Assembly: GCA_015680685.1 (NCBI GenBank)
Contig: MNCI01003240.1
Coordinates: 889,938 to 953,937, forward strand
DNA from: Gnetum montanum
Taxonomy: Eukaryota > Plantae > Gnetophyta
Length of the DNA stretch: 64,000 nucleotides
Direction: 5' to 3'
The notes under the pieces are model-generated. The model was not told where the DNA came from, ran no database searches, and worked only from the letters and a program-made list of their open reading frames with translations. The position numbers were made by a program, and so were the translations under genes. Positions within the stretch are counted from its first letter, which is position 1. Every line of letters starts with the position of its first letter. Shown here one piece after another: positions 51,717 through 64,000 of this stretch.

Positions 51717-51989
51717 TAAAACACCATAAAATTTTGAGACCCTCTTGCTTCACCAGGGTCTTGGATTTCAGGTAAGGACTTCCACAAGTGTAGCGTCATG
51801 ACAGTTTGGCAAAAAATGTAGGCACTGAGAGTAGACTGACTAGTCCAGCAAATTTTCTACCTCCAGAGCTGACAGCCTTGATGGACTCTCTGGCCTGCCC
51901 ACTTGGACAATTCACCTGGTTTTCAGTCTACTCAAAAACTGTGCTAGGCATTGTCGACGGTGCTCAGGATGGACAAAATAGTTTAACAA

Positions 51990-52590
51990 GTTTTGTAGCA
52001 GAGAAGTTTGCTACGTTGCGCAGCATAGCAAGCCTTCGAAAAATCAATCAAGCATCAAAATACAAGTTTTGGCAAGATGTTCATGCAAAGGAAAGTCAAA
52101 ATCCAGTCAACACAGAGTGCTATGCTATATAGTGTAGCACAACGTAGCAAGGGTGAAACATGCAATGACTCCTTTGCCAAGCCATTTCAGCAAAAGGACT
52201 ACATCTGATAGCATTGTGGCTTTCAAAACTACTCTATCTCTGTTAGCTTTTCAACCATAAGAAAAATTTTCCCATGAAACATCACAAATTTGATAGAAAT
52301 GCATGTTATGTTGGTTGCTACGCTATGCTATGCTATATAGCGTATCATAGTGTAGCAAAAATGTAGATCAACAAAATGCTCCACAAACTAACTCGGCATG
52401 CACCAAGGCTTCTAGCAAATGTTGTAGACTCTAATGCAAGTTTTCTATTCAAATCGGTGGCTACATTGTGCTATGGTACATAGTGTAGCACAACATAGCA
52501 AGTAGCTACACTACATTAATGTGCTACGCTACATAGTGTAGCACATCGTAGCAAATAGCTACGCTACTTCAATGTGCTAGATAGTGTAAA
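51990..52590. repeat. Array of GTAGCA/TGCTAC motifs in both orientations in the LTR of element A
   Basis: Repeated gtgtagcacaacgtagcaa, ttgctacgttgcg and gtgctacgctacatagtgtagcac. Confidence 0.75.
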
Positions 52591-53693
52591 TGATGCAAAG
52601 TTAACAGAGGCATTAGGACATTGTTCTACTTTGGCATACGCCTTAGTCCATCCCCCAAAATTTTTCTCTATGTTTGACCTTGTTCATAAGGATAGGAAAG
52701 ATGTAGTTTTGGGGAGGAGACTTCATTTCTGTTTACATTGTTGGCACACCAGATTCTAGTTGGCATAGTAGTTGGCTTGTTGGCATTTTGCATTGGTTGG
52801 CTTTCTAGTTGGCATTTTTGCACAATTGGATTTTATGTTTGCATTCAAGAGGATAGTTGGAAAATTCTGAGCATTCTAATTACCCTTGAATTCTCTGTGC
52901 ACCTTCGACGTTGTATAACTTGTTATACATCTCTCAAACAAGGCAAAGAATTGAACCCTTGACCTTGAGACGGTGCATTTTCTTACCTGAGTTTATTCCA
53001 TTATTTCATTATTGTTATCACTATTTGTCATTATTTTCTTCATTCCTGCATTTATAGATTATCAATTTTACTTCATGTATTTCACATTCAAAACAACATT
53101 CACGTAAGGTTAAGTTACACCAATTAAGTCCCTATCTGATCAACCAAACTATCCGATCTCTCAGGATCCAAAATCGATCACCTGAGAGCTTGGTATAGCA
53201 TACCAAACTTTACAATTTCTTATGCGCTAAGGTCTAGGTGAATCTACCCTTAGATGCCCAAGAACTCAAAGATAAACATCACTTCGAGTTCCTTTACTGC
53301 AATGGGAGGGAATTTATCCCTACTCTTGGTGCTATCTTTCCTCTGATGCAAACGTATCAGTGGATCTTAGATCAACTGATACAGAAAAGTAGGTTTAGGG
53401 AGCAGTGAGACAAGGTGTCTCACTATGACGAGGCATTTCAAGATGAACAAGAAGACCTAGATTCCCAGTCTGAGGGTGGAGATCAAACTAACCCTGCGAC
53501 TATCCCTCCCACCCTATCCTTCTAGTCGAACCCTCTCTTCACCACTACTCCCTTTATGATTACATCTACCCCATCGCAAACCATAGTTTTATTGACCATG
53601 GGTAGCCATGCCATGTCCTCAGCGTATCAACATGCCTATTCCCCCATCTCATTTCCAAGCATTATCCCCCCACAATCTATTCCCCAATCTTTC

Positions 53694-56532
53694 TGTTGGC
53701 ACATTTAGCCATTTTATGGAACAATGAAGGTGATAAAATATGAATGAGACATAGAAGATATTCAAATAAAAATATATGATGGTTGTGCCCTATTGATATT
53801 TTAATACCAGAGGTTTCATGTGGAAATTTGTTAAGTGAAGATTTAGTGTTTCCATTTTCAAATGATGATACCAAGGAAAGGAAAATTTATCAGGTCCTTG
53901 TGTGATAGGAAGATTAAAAAAAAGAATTGAAAAGTTTTATTAATTTAAAAGAGCCCACCCCATTCATGAATGCATCAATAAGAAATTAAAATCCCTATTA
54001 ACCATTTTTTAGTTCATGTTCTATGTTTGGCCCTGCCTTGCAAAAATACTCTGCTGGAAAGTGTTAGTTTCCAAAACAGTCAGGGCGGCAATAGAAGTGT
54101 TCTCCTCAATTTGTAAATATCGGGCACAACTGGATTATCATCAAAATTGTTCTTGAAATGGCTCTAGATGCCATTGACGGTCTTGGTGGTAGCATAAACC
54201 TCCTGGTCAGAATCATATCCAGCATTCAAGGCATCCATTTCTTCCTGATTCCCACCATGAACGCAGCCGGCGGATCCACTTCTTTATCGTCGTTGACGCC
54301 GTCAATATTGATGTTGTTGAAACCCCCAGTGTACTCGATGTTGTCCAGCACATAAACTTCAAAGTGGTCACTGGGAGGCTCTAGTCAAGGATAGTATGTA
54401 CAAACACCCCTACAATTTCATGGATTCAAACCTTGAAATGATAAAATCACCTAGGAGACCTGGCCTGTTCACGCCGAAACCCTCGAATCCGAACCTGCGT
54501 TTCAACATTTTGATCCTTATTATTTCGCGTGAATCTACAAAAATGACCACCTCTATCCCGCGTGAAGGTTTGGCTGTGGTTGCACTGCAAAAACTCCATG
54601 GGATGAGAACAAAGGCTGCAAAGAAACTAGCTCCAGCGATAGGCTCGTTTCCAGCTCATCCCCGTAACTTCCAATAATTTGTGCAGGTTGCTTCCTCGCC
54701 AAACAGGGCTTTTTTCCAAAGAACTCATTTCAAATTTTTAGGTAGTATGTCATTCACTCCTCTTGGAACCTACCATCCGAAACAGCAGCCATGCCCGATG
54801 CTGATGCATTCGATATCGCATACCAGTCCGCTGAATGCGGCAACAAAGACACAAAGGCACATCAAGACAGGTGTCAAGAGATATTTTGGGCTGATGCTGG
54901 TAAACTGGAGTTGCAGTTCATCAAATAAAATTTTAAATAATCACAATACCACATACACTAATAGTATGAAGCCCTAGTTATAAGCTTATTTTTTTTAATT
55001 TAATTATCCTAAGGCTTCAAAACATTATTTTTCAAATATTATTATATAAGTTACTACCTACAAAATATTTGTAATATTAATGTTAAAATGTTAAAATATT
55101 ATATTAAATATTTGTAGTATTTATTAATGATAGCATAAATTCCTCCTAATTTCATGTATAACTTCCTAACTACATAACTTCCTCCTAACTAGATGGGTAA
55201 GTTGTAACCTCCTTACTTGGGAGAAAAGTTAGCTAGGATATTTTGGAATGTAACCACCTTTGAACCCTTTAAAAAGGTAAGACATTAGGGTCTCATGGAG
55301 GATTAGAACTTGGAAGAAGACATTGATACTACACTTTGGAAGGCTACTAGCTAGCACTTGGGCTCTCACTTCGAGACACACTTTGGATTCCAGGAAGAGC
55401 TTGTAAGAAGAAATTGTGAACGATTGCTTGATGGCTTAATAAATAAAAGATTTCAGCCTCTTTGTCATGGTCCTGTGAGCTATGTTTTATTTTTATTTTG
55501 TTTAAACTATTTAGCTAGTGGTTTAGATAGTATCATCCTTGGCAAGTAATTTTGGGATTTTTAGATTGCTCTTATTGTTCTTGTTGCCTGATAGAAAATT
55601 TTTGTTAAAATTTTGTCATAGAAGCGCTTGTGTTTAAAAGCCTTAAGAGAATTTTAGTAGTAAATTTTGTTATTGTGCAACGTATAAAAATTGCTATTGG
55701 GATTTTTGTAAGAGAGCCTTTGCTTGTAGTCATGTCGCTGAACAATTCAGTAGTCAAGAGGGTTCAGAAAATCTTTGGTATTTTGATGGGACCAGAATAG
55801 CTTCTTTTTATCTTTAAAGTGAATTTCCATGGTATTTCAATCAGAAATTGTCAAGTCTTTCAAAGGTTCTATTGAATGCAATCGTTGACATCTATTATCT
55901 AGTCAAAATGAAGTCTCGTATGTGGTAGTTTATGTAGTAATTTTTGGTAGCATAGTAGGATTGTCTTGAAGATATTGTTTATTTGAGCCTTGGAAGTTTG
56001 AACAATTCATAGATATTGAATTTGGAATAGCTTTATTGCGAAGTGTTTACTCGTGTCATTTTACCTTGTTTAAATATTTGAGGTCTACACAAATCTGTTT
56101 TGTTTTCTATCTATTTCCATTGAATCTTGTTCTATTTTTAGTTTCCTTATGGAACTATCTCTTTCTCTGGGGAAAATTAGAAGTAGATTCATAGAGTTGT
56201 GCTCAAATGTTTTTGCAAAATTTTATTTGTTACAAGTAGGTATTATAAGGACCTCATAGACTAGGCAGTTGAACAAAATAGGAAACTTTCAACAACTCAC
56301 AATACTTGGCAAATTTGGCTAAATCTCTTTAAGATAAGTCATTTGTAGTTTACACACAACGCAATTGTTTCATTTTACACAATCGCATGCCGCAACAGCA
56401 CACACACATATTCACATTAACTACTGAGTTTATTTGGAGGTATCTAGGCCTTGGTGTTGTTAGAGACCAGTAGGCACTTAAATCCTGTTTGAGGATACTC
56501 ATTGGCGGTCGTGTCCAAAATGTTCGCCAACA
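53694..56532. mobile_element. 2.84-kb solo-LTR-like insertion containing a host gene fragment
   Basis: Termini TGTTGGC...GCCAACA form a perfect 7-bp inverted repeat; 5-bp TSD CTTTC at 53689-53693 and 56533-56537; no retroelement ORF seen inside. Confidence 0.85.
54039..54508 (-). pseudogene. RH24: 5' fragment of DEAD-box ATP-dependent RNA helicase 24 (DDX42 orthologue) with stops, frameshifts and internal deletions
   Basis: Minus-strand translation MLKRRFGFEGFGVNR..LYI..LDNIEY..EVDPPAAFMVGI..DALNAGYDSDQEVYA..DDNPVV matches, in order, the plant RH24 N-terminus as I recall it (KRKFGFEGFGINR, LDNIDY, EIDPLDAFMEGI, DALNAGYNSDEEVYA, DDNPIV). Not in the supplied ORF track. Confidence 0.88.
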
Positions 56533-58797
56533 CTTTCCCTTCATCGTACCAAGTGCCAATCATGGCTACTCTGCCTTATGTGCACATGGTACCTACGTCA
56601 TAGTTGCATACAGTCTCTGCTTCCATTCCAGCATCTACACTTGTTCCACCATCAGCAGCGGGTCCACCCCCAACCACATGGTGGACCCCATTCACTTCCC
56701 CTACTTTGTAACCTTCCCAAATGTCATACTATGCTCACCATCAAACGTACTAGGTCCCAAAAATGGTACAACCAAGCGTGGGACTATCGTCTACCCCACT
56801 GATCATGCAAACAACTTTTCGCATGGCACCACTAGTGGCCATTGCTCCAACAACACCACCCATTGGGTGGTGGACAGCACAAGCAGCACCCTTTGTAGGG
56901 GTTGCCCCAACGGCACCACCTATGAGCCAGGCCACTACCCCTACCACACCATCAATGGTGGCTGCCCCTGCAACTCCACAACCGTCTGCATCATCCCTAG
57001 GTCTAGACCAAGCATTCCAGCTTATCCAGACCCTTACTGAGGAAATTAAGTGCCTAAAGGCTACTAGTTCTGACATGGCACAAGTCATGGATTTCTACCA
57101 TGAAGATCCCATCAACCTGATAGTCCCTATGCTCACACTACCCCCCAGGATGCCACTTCCTCACTTTACAAAATACAACGGGGAGGGTGATCCCAATGCA
57201 CATCTTGTGAATTTTAGATCTGAGTTCCTTCTATTGCAATAATGGCCACACACCATCATTCATGTCTTTGCTATGTCTTTGGCAAGCAAAGCTTTAGACT
57301 AATACCACGCGCTCCCATGCTCTTCTATCTCAACCCTAGAAGAGCTGCTGACTCAGTTCGTAACTCGTTTCAAGTACAACTTGAAACTAGAGGTTATGTT
57401 GGATCAGTTAATGAGCGTTAAGCAAGATCCACTGGAATTAGTCTAGAAATTTATACAGTGGTGGAGTGCAACCCTGAATGAGATCCGCAAGCCTATCGTG
57501 GAGGCCTATTTGCTAGCCATCTTTAAGGGTGTAGTGAACAACTTTATTATGTCCAAATTGTACTACCTCGCTCCACAAATTCTTAGTCAAGCTTTTGCCT
57601 AGACCAAGAGCATTCAAGACATGGCCAAGGAAAGTAAAGATCCAGCTTATGTTGCATATAAGAACACGTATATTAAGAAGGACAAGGAGAAAGGCAAGGC
57701 CGCAATGGCCACAGTGGCCGCCGTGGTAAACGTGGCCAAGCCTAAAAACAATAATAACAAGAAAGTAGCCGCAACACCAACTAACCTCACGCCCAACCTA
57801 GGCAATGTCGCTCAACCTTCCACATCGGCACCTGAAGCATCCACCCTGCCTAAGCCTAATTTCGAGCATAAAGATCACTCTAAATATACCCTGCTGCTTG
57901 TCAAACCTTCAAAACTTCTGAAGTAGTTGCTACGGGTGGGGTATATTCAATAGAAGCAGATGTTAGAGGAGGCAACCAAAAGGCATCAACAGTTCTGTGA
58001 ACTCCTTAGGAACCCCTCCTTGGCTTTGCCCAATGAGCCCCTAGTTCCTAAGAATTTTAGACTAGAATGATTTTGTGACTACCATCAACTTTATGATTAT
58101 GACACGGATTACTGTTTAGCATTAAAGGATGACATTCAACTAATGATTGATCAAGGGAACTTGGTTCTAGATGAAAGCATCCCCGTGTGTCCCAAGAATC
58201 AATCTATGCACGTTTATATAGACCCACTTAATGCTAACAACTCTAGCTACATCATCAACACTATCGACATTGATAGTAATTCCAAACTGCCTTAGAAATC
58301 ATTCATGGTTTGTGTGCCTCAGTGTAGTGCATCCACACCAACAACGGCTAAGAAAATGCCACAGCAACCATTCATCCTAAGGGTCCCTCCTTGGACATCC
58401 ACCCCTGCAGCTTCTGTAACCAAGACAGCACCACCACCCGCACTAATGCCATGAACACCATTTATCATTAGGGGGCCAAACCACTCAACTACCCATGCCC
58501 CACATAAGAAGACACCACAGCATTCTCATCCAAGGAAATGAGAAGAGCGTTCAATAGGTGAAGCAGCAATGGAACATACCGCCCCAGGTCCTTCCAATCC
58601 TACTCCCTCATCCTCTACATCTACGTCCATCTCGTCACCAAAAGTTAATGCTGCTACACATGCGTGGTTGAAACACCAAAAAATTTTGGCCTAGCACTTT
58701 CAAACAAAATTCAAGCTAAGTCATGTTGTTGCCCAACATGAGTACGACATGACCGAACTTGAGAGTCTCCAAAATAACATGAAATGACATTCAGCAG

Positions 58798-61700
58798 AGT
58801 AGGATAGGCCCCCCAGGGCCCACAGGTAACTACACTAGCTTTTAGCATCCAGAATCAAAGGTTTCGGGCTCAAAATACTTGGTCTTCACTGGGTACACTT
58901 TGGTTACATTTTCTTACACTGCATAGCGTAACGCTCAGCATCACCAACTTTTGGAGCCCTGAAACTGAGCCAAAATATGCCAAAATTGAGCACAAGGACC
59001 CCCATGACCTCCACTAATGGTTGCCCTAGGTTCCTAGCCCTCAGAATCCTGATTTTGGGCTCAAAAATGCACTATTTTCACTAGTTACACTCAGATCACG
59101 CTTGGCTTGGTTACGCTCAGCTCACGCCCAGCTCACGCTGGAGTCACTTCGACAGCATGAGCTGCCAAAAGTGACTCGAAACATTTTAGACACATGTCAA
59201 AGACACATCGGGGCAAGATCAACTCACGCTGATAGCCTCGATGAAACAAAAAACATCTCGAACAGCCACAGAACCACTCAAATCAAGGTCTTACAGTAGT
59301 CGATCCAAGAGACAATCCAAGTTTAAGTGAGCTGGAGAAAAATTTTAAATTCATTGTTAATGTTCATTGTAAGATTCACAATTTGTGAATTTTCCAAGCT
59401 CTTACGTTGCGTCCATGAGCATAAGCTAGCTTGTGTTGTAAGATAGGGTGCACCCGGTCTAGAACATAATTGCCCATGTACACCTATCACGTGATCCGTT
59501 TTCCTCGCATCTCGTAGCCGCCGATTTCATTCATTCCTAAACCTAGAAAAAATAGATAAATACCTTGTTCATTGACATAAACAAGGTTCTGTTGGAAAAA
59601 ATTTGGAAGCAGAAAATAAGCAATCCTGAGCCCAGATGCACGTGACTCCCAACGCTTGTAAACACCTCGCATCGGGGCTTAACGTTTAACTTGCAAGGCA
59701 ACTACATTTTGACTGGTGCACATCTCATTGATTAATACAACATTATTTATTATTTTCCATCCATTATCCTATTCTAATTTATTTTTCTGCATTTTCCATG
59801 CCATTGCATCTTCTGCGTACATTTTGTTTTACGTTTACATTCATTACGCTTATTACGTTTCATTTCGCTCATTACATTTCATTACGTTTCGTTACACTCA
59901 GTTACTTTTCTTTGAGTTACATCATTTTCTCTATTTCACGTTTCGTGATGATAACCCCAGCGCATGTAATAGTGTATGCTCGGGGAAGTCCTTGTTTGAT
60001 CTGCATGCAGACCATCCAAGGCACTCTGCCTTCATTTTTCTAGCTTTCCCTCGTGTGAAGGTAGGGTCATCTGCATCTCTCCAGAGATCTTTCGGTGTTT
60101 GTTTCCTTCTAGCCTTACGCTGATGATTTTGAATAGTACAGAAACTTAGTTGCTCCACGGTCCAAAATGTTGCACTAATTAAGCACTGAAACCAAAACCC
60201 TTGTTTACGTTGAGCTTGGTTACGCTCAGACCAGTTTTACTCATGCTGAGCTTGGTTACTCTCAGACCAGTGTTACTCATGCTAAGCCTAGTTACACTTA
60301 GACCAGTTTTCCTCATGCTGAGCCTGGTTACACTCAGATTAGTTTTACTCACGCTGAGCCTGGTTATGCTTAGACTAGTTTTACTCACACTGAGCCTGGT
60401 TACACTCAAACCAGTTTTACTCATGCTGAGCCTGGTTACACTCAGACCAATTTCACTCATGCTAAGCCTAGTTATGCTTAGACCAATTTTACTCATGCTG
60501 AGCCTGCTTATGCTGAACCCAGTTTTACTCACGCTGAGCCTGGTTACGTTGAACCCATTTTTACTCACGCTGAGCCTGGTTACTCTTAGACCAATTTTAC
60601 TCATGCTGAGCCTGGTTACACTCAGACCAGTTTTACTAACGCTGAGCTTGGTTACAACTCACACTGAGCCTGGTTGCACTAAACTCAGTCTGCTCAAGCT
60701 AGCCTTACATACACTTCTTACATAAATTCAACCAGTCAAACTAGTTATACATATGGAAGCTTCCCAGATCAGAGCAACATTGCCCATCTCTGACCTTAAT
60801 GCTGAAGTCCCAAATCCTGTAACCACAACCGAATCCATAGTTGCCGTTGGAGAGATGAACCTTCAAGGACCAACTCGTCAGTCACTTAGGCTACAAGGAA
60901 AAGACCCCACCTATATAGTTCTCACCCTAGAATAATACAATTTCATCTATGTAAAGATCCAAGCCAATCTACCTATTGATCACACAGAAATAGAAGCAAA
61001 AAGACATTATGAGTTCATCTATAAGTGGGGCCTTAACTTTATCCCCTCAGCATATGATGTGATTTCCCTCTCTGAATTTCATCAGGAACTTATATCCTAG
61101 CTCCTCATGGTAAGGAACCAGACCTCATGCCAACCTGCTGTAGAGCCTCAAAACGAAGATGAGAAAGACAATTTCATAGCTCAATCTGAGCATGGGGATT
61201 CGTACCATACTCTCAGTCCACATACTTATGTGAGTCCATTATTTCACCCTTTCACTGGGAAGACCATGTATCTCCATTCATTTAAAACCACTCAAACACA
61301 CGTGCCCCAACAAGAAGTGCCCACGCTTATTCCCACTCTCCCTATGACCAACTCCCAATTCACTATGCCCATCCCCACTATCCCTCCAATTACTACCTTA
61401 TCCTCCCTCTTACAAGTACAACCCCAACAACCCCCCTCTCAAATTAATATAGGAGCAACTTTTCCACCCCAAGTAATTGGGATTCCATCTGTGATACCCG
61501 CTATCACATCTACACACTTCATCCCATGAGTACAGATTCATACCATACCTTTAGCTCCTCTAGTACAACACTAGACACAAAGCCTCCCTTTGCAACCCAT
61601 AGTTGGGCAATGGCTTGCCCCTGTTGCTCAACAACAACAACAACCTACACCTTATGGTATGCCGTCCTTAGTAGCACCCACTATAAATGTGCCACAAGTG

Positions 61701-64000
61701 CAACCTCCGACCACTCAACTTTCTTCTTTCCTGCCCACTGTACAATAATCTAACTTGCATACTATGCAACATAACCAACCTCTCACTTCGCCTAGTTCCC
61801 AAGACTAGGTTGAAGCTAAAAAAATGATGCAGGAACTAGCTGACGAGGTAAAATGCCTCAAAACCATTAACAATGAAGAGCTTAAAGTATTAGAATTTTA
61901 CCAAGATAATCCTATTAGCTCTTCAATACCATTGTTAACCTTGCCCAAAGGATTTTCTTTGCCTCAAGTAATCAAATATAACGAGGAAGGAGACCCCAAC
62001 ACCCATATAGTCACATTTAGACTAGGATGCCTGTTGCTTCAGGCTTGGCCCCATGCAATCTTGCATGTGTTTGCCATGTCCCTCACTGGCAGAGCATTAG
62101 ACTGGTACTGAGCCTTACCGTGTAACTCCATATCCTCTTTGGAGGATCTCTTACACCAGTTCGTTAATAGGTTTAAATACAAGCTGAAACCTGAAGCAAC
62201 CTTGGACAGTCTAATACAGGTAAAACAAGCACCCCTCAAACCTATGCAAAAATTTATCCAAAGATGGAGTGCCGCACTCAATGAACTTCATGAGCCAATC
62301 CTAGAAACATACCTTCTTACAATTCTTAAAGGAGCCGTGAATGATTTCATCAAATCAAAACTATACTACCTAAATGCGCGCACTCTAAGCCAAGCTTTTG
62401 TATAGATTAAAAACATAGAAGAGGTAGCCCAAAATAGCCATGACCCTGCTTACTTAGCCTTCAAAAATCAACACACTAAAAAGATAAAGAAAAGGCTAAA
62501 GCAATAGTAGCAATAGTAGCAGAGACTCAACCTACCAAAATGGGACAGCAAGGCAGACCACCTACTGCCCCCGCTAACTATGAGAGAACTACTCCTGCAC
62601 ACACACCTGAATCATCTACCACACAAGCTACTAAAACGGGTCATGCACGTACGTTTGAGAGGAAAGACCCCACTCACTACACACTGCTCCCCATGAAGCC
62701 TTCTCAATTGTTAGATCAACTTGTGAAGGCTGGGGCCATTAAACATAAGTAGTTGTCCCCAACGGCAACCTAGAGACATGACCAATTCACTGAATTGGTC
62801 AAAAACCCAAGCTTAGCAACACCAAATGAGCCCCCTATTCCAAAAGGCTTTAGACTAGATCAATTTTGCGAGTACCATCAATGGAATGGACATGGTACTA
62901 ATTATTGTTTCACCCTCAAACAAGACATACAACGTATGATTGATGGGGGTGAAATAACATTTGATGATGCTAACCTAGTTAAACTACAGAATCAATCTAT
63001 GGATGTGTACATAGATCCCATTAATACTAAGGAAGCTCCTTATGTCATTAACATGATCCATATCGGAAATGAGCAAGGAATGCCCAGAAAACCTTTTTTG
63101 ATTCATGTTCCTCCTACAACGTCAACATCATCCCCACAATCTTCGTATCTCGCATACAATCCGCCTACACCTACAAATCATTTGTCATTCATGTACCCCC
63201 TACCAATGCAACTACAAATGCACAAACGCCTACCCAGCCCACCCCCTTCGCAGTCTAGGTGCCACCCGCGGTTGCAACCACGGAGGTACCAACACTACAA
63301 ACCAAATCGACTCCCTTTGTAATCAGGGTATCCAAACACCCTAATCTTCAACCCCCTACTCCTCAATCACAAACCAAACTGACCCCATTCGTTATCAGGG
63401 TACCTAAACATCTTGACACACGACCACCTCCAATAGTTCAATCGTAATCCCGACCCGCTCCATTCGTAATCCGCATCCCAAAACAACCTGATGTTCAAGT
63501 TCCAACGGTTCCTCCATGACCTTCACGAGTAAGTCTCGTTGATAGAATTACCAGGGAATGGTTGGAAAAGGAACGTCAAAGTCTTGAATTAGGGCCATCG
63601 AAACCCACTCCCTTAAATGCTGTACCTATGGCTCTGCCAACTGGCGAGCTGAGCACAAGTCACGAAAACAAAAAATTGGGAACAACAGATACATCAAACC
63701 CAATTGTCACATTGGACCACACGAAAATCACTTCATAAGAGATACAGTTGTTGGGTCCAATGGACCAAGTCTTAACTAGCAAGAGTATACAAAATAGTAA
63801 AGACTTGGCCAGTTCCCTAACTCAGGTCACACATGCACTTAAACAAAAAAACACATCTTTAAGCTTGTATGACCTAATGATGACTTCTCAAGTCCATCGT
63901 GAAGCCCTAGTATGCATGTTAATGTCAATTCCAGTTAGTGAAAACTTGCCTGCAAATGAACCTTCCATTCATGCAGTAATGTCTCCACACCAAGGATCAA
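58798..64000 (+). mobile_element. Ogre/Tat-like gypsy element B nested in the gag of element A: 5' LTR about 58798-59706, UTR, and gag running off the window
   Basis: LTR-like (a)gtagg...ctaca; gag LPQVIKYNEEGDPNTHI..FAMSLTGRALDWY; knuckle FCEYHQWNGHGTNYC; Ogre-like SLYDLMMTSQVHREAL at the window end. Clearly paralogous to element A. Confidence 0.85.
60205..60680 (+). repeat. 36-bp minisatellite (about 13 units) in the 5' UTR of element B
   Basis: Unit tcatgctgagcctggttacactcagaccagttttac with period 36 (60241, 60277, ...); explains the two repetitive ORFs in the track. Confidence 0.95.

Larger units (their letters stand above)
51717..58797 (+). mobile_element. Ogre/Tat-like gypsy element A: 5' LTR/UTR and gag, interrupted twice
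   Basis: LTR-like start (g)taaaacaccataaaattttga; gag LPHFTKYNGEGDPNAHL..FAMSLASKALD*Y; knuckle FCDYHQLYDYDTDYC. The Pro/Thr-rich gag continues across the 53694-56532 insertion. Confidence 0.8.

Noticed and set aside
54158-54977. Three plus-strand ORFs in the captured region
   Set aside because: They are shadow frames; the recognisable homology (RH24) is on the minus strand.
55081-56294. A separate solo LTR (tgttaaaa...ttcaaca) nested within the 53694-56532 unit
   Set aside because: LTR-like in texture, but I could not find a matching TSD; left unresolved.
60179-60725. Repetitive 141-aa and 174-aa ORFs, or a CRISPR-like array
   Set aside because: Translation of a 36-bp head-to-tail minisatellite; there are no unique spacers and no cas genes, and the context is eukaryotic.

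Overview
AT-rich plant nuclear DNA made almost entirely of old, nested, stop-riddled transposable elements; I see no intact host gene, RNA gene or CRISPR array. From left to right: the 3' part of an Athila-like LTR; two nested Ty1/copia elements; an intron-containing Helitron Rep/helicase of the Helitron2/Helentron-like type; a CRM-like chromovirus derivative lacking RT; a second chromovirus; and a Tat-like Ty3/gypsy family present as a plus-strand copy and as a minus-strand tandem that shares a central LTR. That Tat-like family has an extra RNase H upstream of RT and an unexplained accessory ORF in the env position, preceded by a palindromic-motif array. Further right are a complete TSD-flanked gag-protease-only Athila-like element (35389-42260) and two nested Ogre/Tat-like elements. 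A 2.84 kb TSD-flanked solo-LTR-like insertion (53694-56532) carries the captured upstream region and 5' coding fragment of a host DEAD-box helicase (RH24/DDX42). The domain order hints at a gymnosperm host (inference). Family assignments come from motif recognition by eye; no database search was run.
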